Shown: positions 1 through 9,473, counted from the stretch's first letter. The stretch: 32,000 nt of DNA from Pasteurella multocida (GCF_900187275.1 NZ_LT906458.1:210001-242000); one strand, 5' to 3'. Numbers and translations: made by a program. The notes: a model not told the origin generated them from the sequence alone.

Positions 1-70
1 GAAACCTGCTGTGTTAGGTCACGATGAAGCAGCTTACTCTAAAAACCGTCGTGCTGTGTTAGCATACTAA
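1..70 (+). CDS. pal: C-terminal end of peptidoglycan-associated lipoprotein Pal/P6 (truncated by window start)
   Basis: Frame from nt 2 reads KPAVLGHDEAAYSKNRRAVLAY*, the characteristic C-terminus of Pasteurellaceae Pal/P6; stop TAA at 68-70. Confidence 0.9.
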   Translation, partial: KPAVLGHDEAAYSKNRRAVLAY

Positions 71-85
71 TTTATTTTTCTGTCT

Positions 86-117
86 AAAAACTGGGTGCAT
101 TCGCACCCAGTTTTTTT
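86..117 (+). terminator. Rho-independent terminator downstream of pal
   Basis: Perfect 8-bp stem CTGGGTGC/GCACCCAG (91-98/103-110) extended by A5/T5, followed by a T run. Confidence 0.9.
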
Positions 118-208
118 ATGTGTGGAATTTTACTTGTAGTGAGAAAGACGAGAATTACGGTCTTTTGGTGAGTATTCATTCAAATAAACAAAAAAATGAA
201 AATTTTTA

Positions 209-236
209 TTGCTTATTAAAATAAAATCAGTATTAT
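209..236 (+). promoter_or_regulatory. Candidate sigma70 promoter for the tRNA-Lys cluster
   Basis: TTGCTT (209-214), 16-bp spacer, TATTAT (231-236), then a GC-containing discriminator region (GCCTCC). Confidence 0.5.
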
Positions 237-264
237 AAGCCTCCGTTACGCAGTGATATGAAGC

Positions 265-340
265 GGGTCGTTAGCTCAGTCGGTAGAGCAGCGGACTTTT
301 AATCCGTTGGTCGAAGGTTCGAATCCTTCACGACCCACCA
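265..340 (+). tRNA. tRNA-Lys (anticodon TTT)
   Basis: 76-nt cloverleaf sequence GGGTCGTTAGCTCAGTCGG...CTTTTAATC...GGTTCGAATCC...CGACCCACCA with encoded CCA. Confidence 0.97.
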
Positions 341-383
341 CTCAACGCAAATCCTGTATAAACGCCAAAGCAATTAATGCAAT

Positions 384-459
384 GGGTCGTTAGCTCAGTC
401 GGTAGAGCAGCGGACTTTTAATCCGTTGGTCGAAGGTTCGAATCCTTCACGACCCACCA
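384..459 (+). tRNA. tRNA-Lys (anticodon TTT), second copy
   Basis: Sequence identical to the copy at 265-340. Confidence 0.97.
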
Positions 460-502
460 CTTAATTCAAATCCGATATAAACTCCAAAGCAATTAATGCA
501 AT

Positions 503-578
503 GGGTCGTTAGCTCAGTCGGTAGAGCAGCGGACTTTTAATCCGTTGGTCGAAGGTTCGAATCCTTCACGACCCACCA
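503..578 (+). tRNA. tRNA-Lys (anticodon TTT), third copy
   Basis: Sequence identical to the copy at 265-340. Confidence 0.97.
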
Positions 579-661
579 CTTATTTTTCATTCTATATTCT
601 TTTCAACAAGACTATTTTCAGTACAGCATTTCCTTATCCTATTTTTCTATCTATCACTTTA

Positions 662-684
662 TTTTTGCGATCTGCATCTCAAAA
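662..684 (+). promoter_or_regulatory. CRP-S (competence regulatory element) site upstream of the comN-like gene
   Basis: TTTTTGCGATCTGCATCTCAAAA: core TGCGA-N6-TCTCA, close to the Pasteurellaceae CRP-S consensus TTTTGCGATCYRGATCGCAAAA; 66 bp upstream of the ATG at 750. Confidence 0.8.
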
Positions 685-749
685 CATTACTAGTCAATTG
701 ATGAGTTAAATCAGTAGCGATATACAGTATATGCAAAAAAAGAGGAGAT

Positions 750-1277
750 ATGAAAAGAGGCTTTACATTGTTAGAAATGCTCATGGTATTACTGCTGATA
801 AGCAGTATGTTGCTCGTCGTCTTACCGAATTGGACGAGAGTGATTGATTTTATTTCTTTCGAGCAAGAGCAACGCCAATTATGGATTTTTCTTCGGCAAT
901 TACAGACACGAGTAGCAACATCAGGACAAGTTTGGTTTTTGATTGCGAATCGTGATGTAAACCGCCAACATTGGTGTTTAACAGCACAATTAAAAAGTGA
1001 ATATATTTGTGATTGTTTTGCCCCTCAACATTGTCCCCAAAGATTATCTGCACAATTCTATTCCTCGCATTTTACCGGTTATACGATGTTAAAGACGAAA
1101 CATTATTACCCAAATACGATGACTCGATTGAGTGCTGTCAGAGACACGTTAGAAACAACTTGCTTTGTTTTACAAACCGATTATCAAAAAGCAATTTTTT
1201 CTTTATTTAATGTGGGTAGTATTAAATTGAAGAAAGAGGCTTCATTAAGTGCTTGTGAACATAACAAGGAAAATTAA
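750..1277 (+). CDS. comN: Competence type IV pseudopilin, ComN-like (PpdA-like)
   Basis: Class III prepilin leader MKRG|FTLLEMLMVLLL; first gene of a four-gene cluster leading into recC, as in Haemophilus comNOPQ-recC and E. coli ppdA-ppdB-ygdB-ppdC-recC. Confidence 0.8.
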   Translation: MKRGFTLLEMLMVLLLISSMLLVVLPNWTRVIDFISFEQEQRQLWIFLRQLQTRVATSGQVWFLIANRDVNRQHWCLTAQLKSEYICDCFAPQHCPQRLSAQFYSSHFTGYTMLKTKHYYPNTMTRLSAVRDTLETTCFVLQTDYQKAIFSLFNVGSIKLKKEASLSACEHNKEN

Positions 1278-1280
1278 AGT

Positions 1281-1994
1281 ATGTTATTTCGCGGTTATAC
1301 AGTATTGAGTTTGATGATCTCGTTAAGTCTTTCTTCTCTTTTGTTACTTGTTGCTATCGCTTTTTATGTTGATGTTCAGAGACAAAATAGGGCAATCCAT
1401 TTCCAAATGCAACTGCAAGCTGAGCTAGAAAGAGTGATTCAATTAATGGGAAAAGATATTCGTCGAGCGGGCTTTCGTGCGCCTCCAGAGACGACGAATA
1501 AAGTGAACTTTTCACTGTTTGAATCAGAAACACAGGCTAGTTTACAACTGTTCTCAATACATGGCGGAAATGTATCGGATTGTATTTTATTTTTTTATGA
1601 TCTGGATATGAACGGTTGTTTAGGGGGAAAGTTCAAAGAGAAAACCTGTATTAAGGATGGACGAAATAATACCAGTCACCTTGAACGTGAGCTGTTTGGT
1701 TACCGTTTGAATAATGGGATGCTCGAAACACGCTTAACATATAAAAGTGCGGTAAATTCTCGCTGTAAATTAGCAGAATGTCGTACTTACTTACAACAGT
1801 CAGCGTGTCATAGTGGTGGCTGGGTAGATTTATTAGATGATCAAGAATATATCATCAGCGATTTATCATTTCATTGGCTCATGGGAAAGCCTGCGCTTGA
1901 AATCTATTTGAAAGGATACTTAAAAAAACAGCCACATTTTCAATATGAAACGACAATGGTTGTACCACTCTTGAATCATGGAGAGAAGCAATGA
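1281..1994 (+). CDS. comO: Competence pseudopilin-like protein, ComO-like (PpdB-like)
   Basis: MLFRG|YTVLSLMISLSLSSLLLL leader; position and size fit the comNOPQ operon. Confidence 0.72.
   Translation: MLFRGYTVLSLMISLSLSSLLLLVAIAFYVDVQRQNRAIHFQMQLQAELERVIQLMGKDIRRAGFRAPPETTNKVNFSLFESETQASLQLFSIHGGNVSDCILFFYDLDMNGCLGGKFKEKTCIKDGRNNTSHLERELFGYRLNNGMLETRLTYKSAVNSRCKLAECRTYLQQSACHSGGWVDLLDDQEYIISDLSFHWLMGKPALEIYLKGYLKKQPHFQYETTMVVPLLNHGEKQ
1745..1753 (+). repeat. DNA uptake signal core AAGTGCGGT
   Basis: AAAAGTGCGGTAAATT, inside comO. Confidence 0.85.
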
Positions 1995-2638
1995 TCTATC
2001 ATAAAGGTATGGTAACTTTCGTCATTTTAGTGTTATTAAGCAGTGGATTAACTATTTTAATGTTATTGAATGACGATATTTTACATTGGCATTTGTCTGC
2101 GCTTCATCAACGGAAATTAGATGTCCAACAAATGTTAGTATTACAACGTCAGAACGAGGAAAAAAAGCAACATCTTTGTAAACATATCTCATCAACATCT
2201 TCGGAAAATCGGCAGCAAGTCACTTTTCGTCTTGTTGAAGGTAAAGCGAATTATGTTTGGTGTATTTGTCGGACGTTATTTAAAGCACAACCTCGTCAAG
2301 CGCTTAATATCGGGAAATTAGCGTATTTTATTCAACGAGAATATCGAGATCTTTTCTCTCATCAATTTTCTGTCCAACATGCTCCTTATTTTTACTGGTT
2401 TGATGCTAAACAAACGAGTTGGACGCTGACACAAAATATCGAGGCGATAATTATTGCTGAAGGCGATTTACATATTCACGGAAAAGGGAAGATAAAAGGA
2501 ACAATTGTGACGGGAGGGCGATTAACTTTAGAGCCAAGTGTGCAAGTGAGTTACCATAAAGCGACAGTAGCATATTGGGTAACACAATTACGAGATTGGC
2601 AATTAGCAGAGAAAAGTTGGCATGATTTTTTATTATGA
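1991..2638 (+). CDS. comP: Competence pseudopilin-like protein, ComP-like (YgdB-like)
   Basis: MIYHKG|MVTFVILVLLSSGLTILMLL; 4-nt overlap with the previous gene; operon context. Confidence 0.68.
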   Translation: MIYHKGMVTFVILVLLSSGLTILMLLNDDILHWHLSALHQRKLDVQQMLVLQRQNEEKKQHLCKHISSTSSENRQQVTFRLVEGKANYVWCICRTLFKAQPRQALNIGKLAYFIQREYRDLFSHQFSVQHAPYFYWFDAKQTSWTLTQNIEAIIIAEGDLHIHGKGKIKGTIVTGGRLTLEPSVQVSYHKATVAYWVTQLRDWQLAEKSWHDFLL

Positions 2639-2912
2639 TAAAGGCATGAGTTTACCTGTATTATTAATGGCACTCATGTTGTTTAGTGGTATTTTCCTTT
2701 CAACACAGCAGTGGCTAAGTTATCAACGCCAACGTGCAATATATATTTATCAGCATGTTCAAGCTTTACAAATTGCACAGAACCAGAAACAACGTCAATT
2801 TTTGGGCTTAGCTTGTGAAAACAATGTAAAACGAAATGACTTAGTGTTTCAGATTCAATGTACATCACAGCATGTAAAAGTCAGTACGTCCTTGGCGGAG
2901 ATTAGCTTGTAA
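2622..2912 (+). CDS. comQ: Competence pseudopilin-like protein, ComQ-like (PpdC-like)
   Basis: 96 aa, MIFYYDKG|MSLPVLLMALMLFSGIFLS; lies immediately before recC and overlaps comP. Confidence 0.68.
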   Translation: MIFYYDKGMSLPVLLMALMLFSGIFLSTQQWLSYQRQRAIYIYQHVQALQIAQNQKQRQFLGLACENNVKRNDLVFQIQCTSQHVKVSTSLAEISL

Positions 2913-2983
2913 AAGACTTGCGGTAGAACACAAAGTGGGGAACAATAGTCAAACTGATTGTTTCGATGTGGATAAGGCGACCT

Positions 2984-5900
2984 GTGTTTACAATTTATTA
3001 TTCTAATGATCTTGATGTACAAAAAAATATTTTGCTCACGTTAATGCAAGATACACTGGATGATCCCTTTCAGTCAGACGTGATTTTAGTTCAAAGTCCA
3101 GGCATGGCACAGTGGTTGCAATGGAAAATTGCGGAGCAGCAAGGGATTTCGAGTAATATTAAGTTTCCTATGCCTGCGAGCTTTATTTGGCAACAATACG
3201 TAGACAATTTACCGAATACAGAGGAACAAAGCCAATTTAATAAAGCGTCGATGACATGGCGTTTAATGCGTTTAATTCCTGAGCATCTTGAACAAGTCGA
3301 ATTTCAATCACTTCGTCATTATTTATCTTCTTCTCATCAAGCAGAACAACAAAAGTTGTATCAATTAGCCTACCAAATTGCTGATTTATTTGACCAATAT
3401 CTTGTTTACCGCCCAGAATGGATCGCTTGTTGGGAGCGTGGTGATGAAGCCACTATGATGGCACAGTTAGAACGCAAGCTAAAAGATACACGCCTACCAA
3501 TAGGCAACGCTTTTTCTCAAGATGTTAAATGGCAAGCAATACTATGGCGTGCTCTAGTGGCGGATATTTTGGCTGAAAGCGGTCAGACTGTTCCCTTACA
3601 TCGTGCTTATTTACAAACACAATTCTTGCAGTTCTTACAGACCCAGCATCCTGTCAATTTACCTCCACGTCTTTTCATTTTTGGTATCTCAGCGTTGCCA
3701 AAAGGCTATTTAGAGATTTTTTATGCCATGAGCCGGTATTGTGAAGTACATTTATTTTTCACCAATGGCTGTCGTGAATATTGGGGTGATTTAATTGATC
3801 CGCGTTTTATGCAACGCTTAAGCCAAATGCAACGAACTGGCTACCATACCGCTTTACCTATACCTGTTTTTCACCATACAGATAATGCCCGATTTGAATC
3901 AAGTTATGATCATGAGCATTTATTTGAGGGGCATCCTTTGCTGTCAAGCTGGGGGAAATTGGGACGAGATTTTTTATATTTATTAACAGAATTAGAACAG
4001 CTCGAAGGCGTACGAAGTATTGATGCGTACACCGAGTTAACTTCCCAACATCTTTTATCTCAGGTACAAGCGCGTATTTTACATTTAGAAGGCAAGCAAG
4101 GTTTAAATTTGGCTGAAAATGACCGCTCTTTAACGTTCCATTCTTGCCATAGCCCTATGCGTGAAGTTGAAGTTTTACATGACTATTTGCTTCATTTATT
4201 TCAGCAAGACTCGACACTTACTCCAAAAGATATTGTGGTGATGGTGGCGGATATTGATAAATATACACCCTATATTCAAGCTGTATTTGGGCAGTACAAT
4301 CAGGTCGCACAGCGGCAGATTCCTTTTTCTATTTCGGATAACCGTCTTTCTGAAAATGACGTGTTAATAGCAAGTTTTATTCACTTACTTGCTTTAAAAG
4401 AGAGTCAGTTTAGCGCAGAAGATATCTTAGCTTTATTAGATATTCCTGCGATTCGGAATAGGTTTCAGATTGAGTTAATGGAGTTAGAGCAGATTCGGCA
4501 TTGGGTCGCACATGCTGGCATACGTTTTGGTGTAGAAAAAGAACAAGGTAAACAAGAAAAGAACACTAACTCATGGCAAGCTGGGCTGGAGCGGATGCTG
4601 CTTGGTTATGCGATGCGTGAGGAAAATGGGATTTGGCAAGGGAATTTAGGCTTTGATCCTTGTTATGGGCTACAAGGGCAATTAGCCGGACGCTTGGCGG
4701 AGTTTATTGCAAGATTATCAGCATGGTATCAGTTTTTACAAACGCCTCAGCCTATTGAAAAATGGCAACAGCATTTACTTACGCTTTTAACAGATTTCTT
4801 CGCTGAGGATGAAACGAATATTACCACTTTGCTATATATTCAAGAAACGATAGTGCAAATGGTAACAGATATTCAACAAACACATTTTGATCAACCGTTA
4901 AGTAGTGAAGTGGTTTCTGATGTCCTGTCGGCATTATTAGAAGATGATCCGAATAGCATGAAGTTTCTGGCAGGGAAAGTGAATTTCTGTACCTTGCTAC
5001 CGATGCGTTCGATTCCCTTTAAAGTGGTGTGTTTACTGGGGATGAATGAAGGTGATTATCCTCGTCAACAAACGCCAAATAGCTTTGATTTGATGCAATA
5101 TGATCGACGTAAAGCCGACCGTTTTCGCCGTGACGATGATTGTTATTTGTTCCTTGAAGCGCTGCTGTCAGCACAAGAGGCATTTTATGTGAGTTTTGTG
5201 GGACGTTCCATTGTGGATAACCAAAGCAAACCTCCGTCTGTGTTAGTCAGTCAATTGATTGACTATTTAGTAGATAAGTTACCAAGCGCTGGAACACAAG
5301 ATTGGCAGGCTCGATTAATTGAACAGCATCCGATGACAGCATTTAGTCCAGATAATTTCCGAGGAGAAAACGGATCTTTTGCTAACCAATGGTTACCCCT
5401 AGCAAATATTCAGAAACAAGAGAGGGCGGATTTTGTCCAACCTATCGCACAAACAGTGTTAGCCGAGGATCGTGAAATTGCGTTAGCGGATTTAATTGCC
5501 TTTATTCAACATCCTGTTGCGTTTTTCTTTAAACGTCATTTAGGCGTTTCTTTTACTAAACAAGAAGAACGTATTGAAGACAGCGAAAATTTTACTTTAG
5601 ATGGCTTAATGCGCTATCAAATTAATGAGCAATTGCTTTATTGTGATGAGGAAAAAAGCGCGGAGGTTCTCGCTCAATTAAAAGTAAAAGGTATGCTACC
5701 GCGTGGTGAATTTGCTCAGATCTTTGCGTTACAACAACAAGAAGACATTGCCGCGTTAAAAACAATCGTTGCCGATTATTTAAAACAAGAGGCGCATGTC
5801 GTCGAAGTGGATTTGACTATCCCGAGTGGCTATAGCGATATTCGTCTGATTGGGCAGCTAGATCAGTTGTATGCACAGCGTAGAGTGATGTGGCGAGTGG

Positions 5901-6358
5901 GACAAATTCAGGAAAAACATTTAATTGAAAATTGGGTGTATTACCTTATTCAATGTGCAATGTTAGCACAGCATGAACCTCCTATTTATTATGGTAAGAA
6001 TGGGCAAGCGACCTTTCAAGCGTTGTGTGCTAGCGAGTCGTTAAGTGTAAAAGAAATCGCGTTAGCACAATTACAAATCTATGTTGAAAGTTATTTGCAG
6101 GGCTATCAGCAGATGCAAATGGTTCCGATGAAAAATATTCAACGTTATTTAGAAGCATATGAACATACTGAGACGCCAGATTTTGAGATGATTCGGACAT
6201 TGTTACATCATCTAGCGGAAGGGGATTATGCTTCGGATGGGGATATTTATTGGCAACGAGTACTTGCACAACAAGTACTCGATGAGGAGATGCTCAACGC
6301 GATAGGTGAACGGACAACATCGTGGTTTAAGCTTATGTTTGAGCAGCTTGAAAAATAG
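2984..6358 (+). CDS. recC: Exodeoxyribonuclease V subunit gamma (RecC)
   Basis: N-terminus VFTIYYSNDLDVQKNILLTLM plus RecC-like features (VQSPGMAQWLQWKIAEQQGI, LLPMRSIPFKVVCLLGMNEGDYPRQ). ORF track starts at ATG 2966; GTG at 2984 preceded by AAGG is the preferred start. Confidence 0.93.
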   Translation: MFTIYYSNDLDVQKNILLTLMQDTLDDPFQSDVILVQSPGMAQWLQWKIAEQQGISSNIKFPMPASFIWQQYVDNLPNTEEQSQFNKASMTWRLMRLIPEHLEQVEFQSLRHYLSSSHQAEQQKLYQLAYQIADLFDQYLVYRPEWIACWERGDEATMMAQLERKLKDTRLPIGNAFSQDVKWQAILWRALVADILAESGQTVPLHRAYLQTQFLQFLQTQHPVNLPPRLFIFGISALPKGYLEIFYAMSRYCEVHLFFTNGCREYWGDLIDPRFMQRLSQMQRTGYHTALPIPVFHHTDNARFESSYDHEHLFEGHPLLSSWGKLGRDFLYLLTELEQLEGVRSIDAYTELTSQHLLSQVQARILHLEGKQGLNLAENDRSLTFHSCHSPMREVEVLHDYLLHLFQQDSTLTPKDIVVMVADIDKYTPYIQAVFGQYNQVAQRQIPFSISDNRLSENDVLIASFIHLLALKESQFSAEDILALLDIPAIRNRFQIELMELEQIRHWVAHAGIRFGVEKEQGKQEKNTNSWQAGLERMLLGYAMREENGIWQGNLGFDPCYGLQGQLAGRLAEFIARLSAWYQFLQTPQPIEKWQQHLLTLLTDFFAEDETNITTLLYIQETIVQMVTDIQQTHFDQPLSSEVVSDVLSALLEDDPNSMKFLAGKVNFCTLLPMRSIPFKVVCLLGMNEGDYPRQQTPNSFDLMQYDRRKADRFRRDDDCYLFLEALLSAQEAFYVSFVGRSIVDNQSKPPSVLVSQLIDYLVDKLPSAGTQDWQARLIEQHPMTAFSPDNFRGENGSFANQWLPLANIQKQERADFVQPIAQTVLAEDREIALADLIAFIQHPVAFFFKRHLGVSFTKQEERIEDSENFTLDGLMRYQINEQLLYCDEEKSAEVLAQLKVKGMLPRGEFAQIFALQQQEDIAALKTIVADYLKQEAHVVEVDLTIPSGYSDIRLIGQLDQLYAQRRVMWRVGQIQEKHLIENWVYYLIQCAMLAQHEPPIYYGKNGQATFQALCASESLSVKEIALAQLQIYVESYLQGYQQMQMVPMKNIQRYLEAYEHTETPDFEMIRTLLHHLAEGDYASDGDIYWQRVLAQQVLDEEMLNAIGERTTSWFKLMFEQLEK

Positions 6359-6399
6359 AGCGCATTTTTGTATGTCACTGATAGTGAACGAAATGAGCT

Positions 6400-6843
6400 T
6401 TATAGATAGCGCGCCATCACAATCGCGTTTTCACGTTGACCATGAGGCGTAGGGTAATAGTTCTTGCGCCTATCTACCTCATTAAAACCTAGTTGCTCAT
6501 ATAATTTCTGTGCCGCGATGTTGGATTCTCTCACTTCTAACCATAAGGTAGAAATTCCTTTTTCGGTTAATTGCTGAAGTAAGTGAGTCAGTAACTGTTT
6601 ACCGAAGCCTTTACCTTGAAAAGAGGGAGCAACGGCAATATTAAGTAGTGTTGCTTCATCAAGAATGTGTTGGCAAATGGCGAAAGCGATAATTTTATCA
6701 TGGTAAGTGAGTTTTAAATTCAGATAATTTTCGCCTTGTGTATTTTTTAAGATTCCCATAGACCAAGGGACGAGGTGGGCTGATTGCTCAATTTCAAATA
6801 AGCGTTCTAAGTCATGTTCTGTAATTTGCGTAATGATCATCAT
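6400..6843 (-). CDS. rimI: Ribosomal protein S18-alanine N-acetyltransferase RimI
   Basis: GNAT fold signatures (VAPSFQGKGFGKQLLTHLL, LEVRESNIAAQKLYEQLGF, R..YYP...ENAIVMAR). Confidence 0.9.
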   Translation of the reverse strand: MMIITQITEHDLERLFEIEQSAHLVPWSMGILKNTQGENYLNLKLTYHDKIIAFAICQHILDEATLLNIAVAPSFQGKGFGKQLLTHLLQQLTEKGISTLWLEVRESNIAAQKLYEQLGFNEVDRRKNYYPTPHGQRENAIVMARYL

Positions 6844-7250
6844 AGCGTTGTTTGCATTTGTTGCCAGAGTTGGCGTTTGGCATGATGGTTGTGTTTAAAC
6901 TGCGACCATGCGCTACTTTGCCAAATTGCGGTTGCAGGTTGACAGAAAGCCGAAAGGCGTTCGATTTCTTCCTGATTATCGCTGAGTAGCCAATAATGGA
7001 CAGGATATTGCGTATTTAGATGGGGGATACGTTCAAAATCCAAGCATAAGCACATGCTTTCATCAAGGTCTAAGCTACGTAAAATATCTTTTAATAATGG
7101 AGAATCTGTTGTGAGAGCGTGCTCGGCAACGATGATGAGACGTATTTTTTCTTCTACATTAATTTTTACCATCCCTTTCAAACGAGTAGGGGACTTCAGC
7201 TGCCATTGTGTGATACCCATTTGTTGTAACAGAAGATCTCGTCTATTCAT
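6840..7250 (-). CDS. holD: DNA polymerase III subunit psi (HolD)
   Basis: MNRRDLLLQQMGITQWQLKSPTRLKG N-terminus; overlaps rimI by 4 nt, the typical holD-rimI arrangement. Confidence 0.85.
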   Translation of the reverse strand: MNRRDLLLQQMGITQWQLKSPTRLKGMVKINVEEKIRLIIVAEHALTTDSPLLKDILRSLDLDESMCLCLDFERIPHLNTQYPVHYWLLSDNQEEIERLSAFCQPATAIWQSSAWSQFKHNHHAKRQLWQQMQTTL

Positions 7251-7324
7251 GCTATTTCTTCATCGTTGCGTGTTTTTCCTTTATAATGCGTCAATTTTAA
7301 CGAATAACAGATAGGATTAACAGC

Positions 7325-8311
7325 GTGATTTCTCTTGAAAGCCAAGTTCTACAGCGTCATCTTTCTTTTTTTGAGCATAAATCAGTTTTATTTGCGGGGG
7401 GCATTAATGATCAGTTTCCTCAGCAAGTGCCGGCGCGCAGCGTGAAGGTATGGAGTTGGTATTTTGATTATGCCAAAAGCAAAAGTGCGGTCGATTTTTC
7501 ATTAACTTGTGAAGAAAAAGCGGATCTCATGGTGTTTTACTGGACTAAAAACAAGCAAGAAGTGCAATTCCAACTTATGCAATTACTCGCTCAAGCGCCG
7601 ATTGGTCAAGAAATGTTGATTGTAGGTGAAAATCGCTGCGGAGTGCGTTCTGTGGAAAAAATGCTCGATGCTTATGGCGATATTGCTAAAATTGACTCGG
7701 CAAGGCGTTGTGGGTTATATCATTTTTGTTTAAAAAACACACCGCACTTTGCGTTAGCAGATTATTGGAAAACTTATCAGCATCCTCGCTTAGGTGATTT
7801 ACGTATTTACAGTTTACCGGGGGTATTTAGTGCGAATGAGTTGGATGTTGGCACAGATTTGTTGCTTTCAACCTTAGATCAACCAGTGAGAGGAAAGGTG
7901 TTAGATTTAGGTTGTGGTGCGGGTGTGATTGGTGCTTATATTAAACAGCAATATCCTCAAGTTGAGCTGACTATGGCGGATATTCATGCGCTAGCCTTAG
8001 CTTCTAGCCAACGGACTTTAGTTGAGAACCAGTTAGAAGCTGAGGTGATCGCCAGTGACGTTTTTTCTAATGTGACAGGAAAATTCGATCTGATTATTTC
8101 AAATCCCCCTTTTCACGATGGCATTGACACGGCTTATCGTGCTGTCAGTGAATTAATTATGCAAGCGAAATGGCATTTAGTACCGGGCGGCGAATTACGC
8201 ATTGTGGCGAATGCATTCTTGCCTTATCCTGATTTATTGGATCAACATTTTGGCTCACATTGTGTGTTAGCCAAAACCACTAAATTTAAAGTGTATTCTG
8301 TCCGCGGCTAA
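7325..8311 (+). CDS. rsmC: 16S rRNA (guanine1207-N2)-methyltransferase RsmC
   Basis: SAM-binding VLDLGCGAGVIGAYI, catalytic motif SNPPFHDG, divergent from holD. Confidence 0.92.
   Translation: MISLESQVLQRHLSFFEHKSVLFAGGINDQFPQQVPARSVKVWSWYFDYAKSKSAVDFSLTCEEKADLMVFYWTKNKQEVQFQLMQLLAQAPIGQEMLIVGENRCGVRSVEKMLDAYGDIAKIDSARRCGLYHFCLKNTPHFALADYWKTYQHPRLGDLRIYSLPGVFSANELDVGTDLLLSTLDQPVRGKVLDLGCGAGVIGAYIKQQYPQVELTMADIHALALASSQRTLVENQLEAEVIASDVFSNVTGKFDLIISNPPFHDGIDTAYRAVSELIMQAKWHLVPGGELRIVANAFLPYPDLLDQHFGSHCVLAKTTKFKVYSVRG
7483..7491 (+). repeat. DNA uptake signal, full extended form
   Basis: AAAAGTGCGGTCGATTTTT matches AAGTGCGGTnRWWWWWW, inside rsmC. Confidence 0.92.
7741..7749 (-). repeat. DNA uptake signal core (reverse)
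   Basis: ACCGCACTT inside rsmC. Confidence 0.85.
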
Positions 8312-8365
8312 ACAAGTACGACTCACTTTAGGGTGAATGCATTAAAGTTTAGATAAATCGGCTTA

Positions 8366-8400
8366 GAAAAAAGAAGGCAGACGGTAAAGTCTGCCTTTCT
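8366..8400. terminator. Bidirectional Rho-independent terminator between convergent rsmC and afuC
   Basis: Stem AAGGCAGAC/GTCTGCCTT (8374-8382/8389-8397) with A run on the left and T-rich right side. Confidence 0.8.
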
Positions 8401-8406
8401 TACCTT

Positions 8407-9456
8407 TTATTCTGGCTTTAATAGAAAGACACCGTGTTCAGCTAAGTGCACATAGGCTTCTTTCAACTCAGGGTTAAATTGCTCTGGGTTGGTGTTGACT
8501 AACAGATCTTGTCCTCCCCAATTGGCGACAATCTCCCAATGATTCCCCATATACACCGCACTTTTAATGCTACAACGTTGTGCAGCTTCGCCTGTTTCTT
8601 TAAAAGAAATGGCTTCTGGGCGGATACCGACTAAGCATGCTCCGTCTGTTAATCCAAACTGGGTGGCATTATTGAGCTTAAATTGGTAGCCGTTTACGGT
8701 GACTTGATCTTGTTGCAATGTACCTTGGAAGATACTGGATTCGCCCATGAAGTTAGCGAGAAACAGCGAGTTTGGACGCAAATACAGTTCTTTGGCCGGT
8801 GCTTTTTGCATGATTTTCCCTTTATGCATCACGATAACTTCATCGGATACGGCAAAGGCTTCCGTTTGATCGTGGGTCACATACAGTGAAGTAATGCCTA
8901 AACGTTGTTGTAACTCTCGGATTTTTTCACGCATAGAGCGACGTAAATTGGCGTCAAGGTTACTGAGCGGTTCATCAAATAACAGCACTTTCGGCTTAAG
9001 CACTAAGGCACGTGCTAGTGCAACACGTTGTTGTTGACCACCAGAAATTTGATCCACATAACGATCTTCAAATCCAGCTAGGTCAACCAGTTCCAGTGCT
9101 TCTTTAACACGTTTGGCACGTTCTTCTTTACTGACACCTTGCATTTTTAAACCATAGCCAACGTTATCACCGATGGACATATGAGGGAAAAGCGCATAAG
9201 ACTGGAAAACAATACAAATATCACGATTTTGGATCGACGATTTTGTGACATCTTCGCCATCAATGAATATTTGCCCTGAAGTTGGGCTTTCTAAGCCTGC
9301 CACTAAACGTAATACAGTGGTTTTCCCACAACCAGAAGGACCTAACAGTGTGACCATGGTGCCACGTTTAATGCTGAGATCTAAATTATCAATCACTACG
9401 GCTTTACCAAATGCTTTTGTGACATTTTTTAACACTAAGAAATCGTTATTACTCAT
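8407..9456 (-). CDS. afuC: ABC transporter ATP-binding protein, AfuC/FbpC family
   Basis: Walker [10 protein letters not shown], signature [15 protein letters not shown], Walker [12 protein letters not shown]; follows afuA/afuB in an operon. Confidence 0.88.
   Translation of the reverse strand: MSNNDFLVLKNVTKAFGKAVVIDNLDLSIKRGTMVTLLGPSGCGKTTVLRLVAGLESPTSGQIFIDGEDVTKSSIQNRDICIVFQSYALFPHMSIGDNVGYGLKMQGVSKEERAKRVKEALELVDLAGFEDRYVDQISGGQQQRVALARALVLKPKVLLFDEPLSNLDANLRRSMREKIRELQQRLGITSLYVTHDQTEAFAVSDEVIVMHKGKIMQKAPAKELYLRPNSLFLANFMGESSIFQGTLQQDQVTVNGYQFKLNNATQFGLTDGACLVGIRPEAISFKETGEAAQRCSIKSAVYMGNHWEIVANWGGQDLLVNTNPEQFNPELKEAYVHLAEHGVFLLKPE
8555..8563 (-). repeat. DNA uptake signal core (reverse)
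   Basis: ACCGCACTTTT inside afuC. Confidence 0.85.
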
Positions 9457-9473
9457 ATTCTACTACCTATCAA

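Larger units (their letters stand above)
265..578 (+). repeat. Tandem repeat of a 119-bp unit (tRNA-Lys plus 43-nt spacer)
   Basis: tRNA starts at 265, 384 and 503 (exactly 119 bp apart); the two 43-nt spacers share ...AAATCC..ATAAAC.CCAAAGCAATTAATGCAAT. Confidence 0.9.

Noticed and set aside
265-578. Regularly spaced repeats that superficially resemble a CRISPR array
   Set aside because: The 76-nt repeated elements are complete tRNA-Lys genes with encoded CCA; the spacers are related to each other and no cas genes are nearby.
850-2868. Minus-strand ORFs over the comN-comQ region (850..1053, 1013..1210, 2683..2868)
   Set aside because: Shorter than and antisense to pseudopilin genes supported by leaders and operon order.
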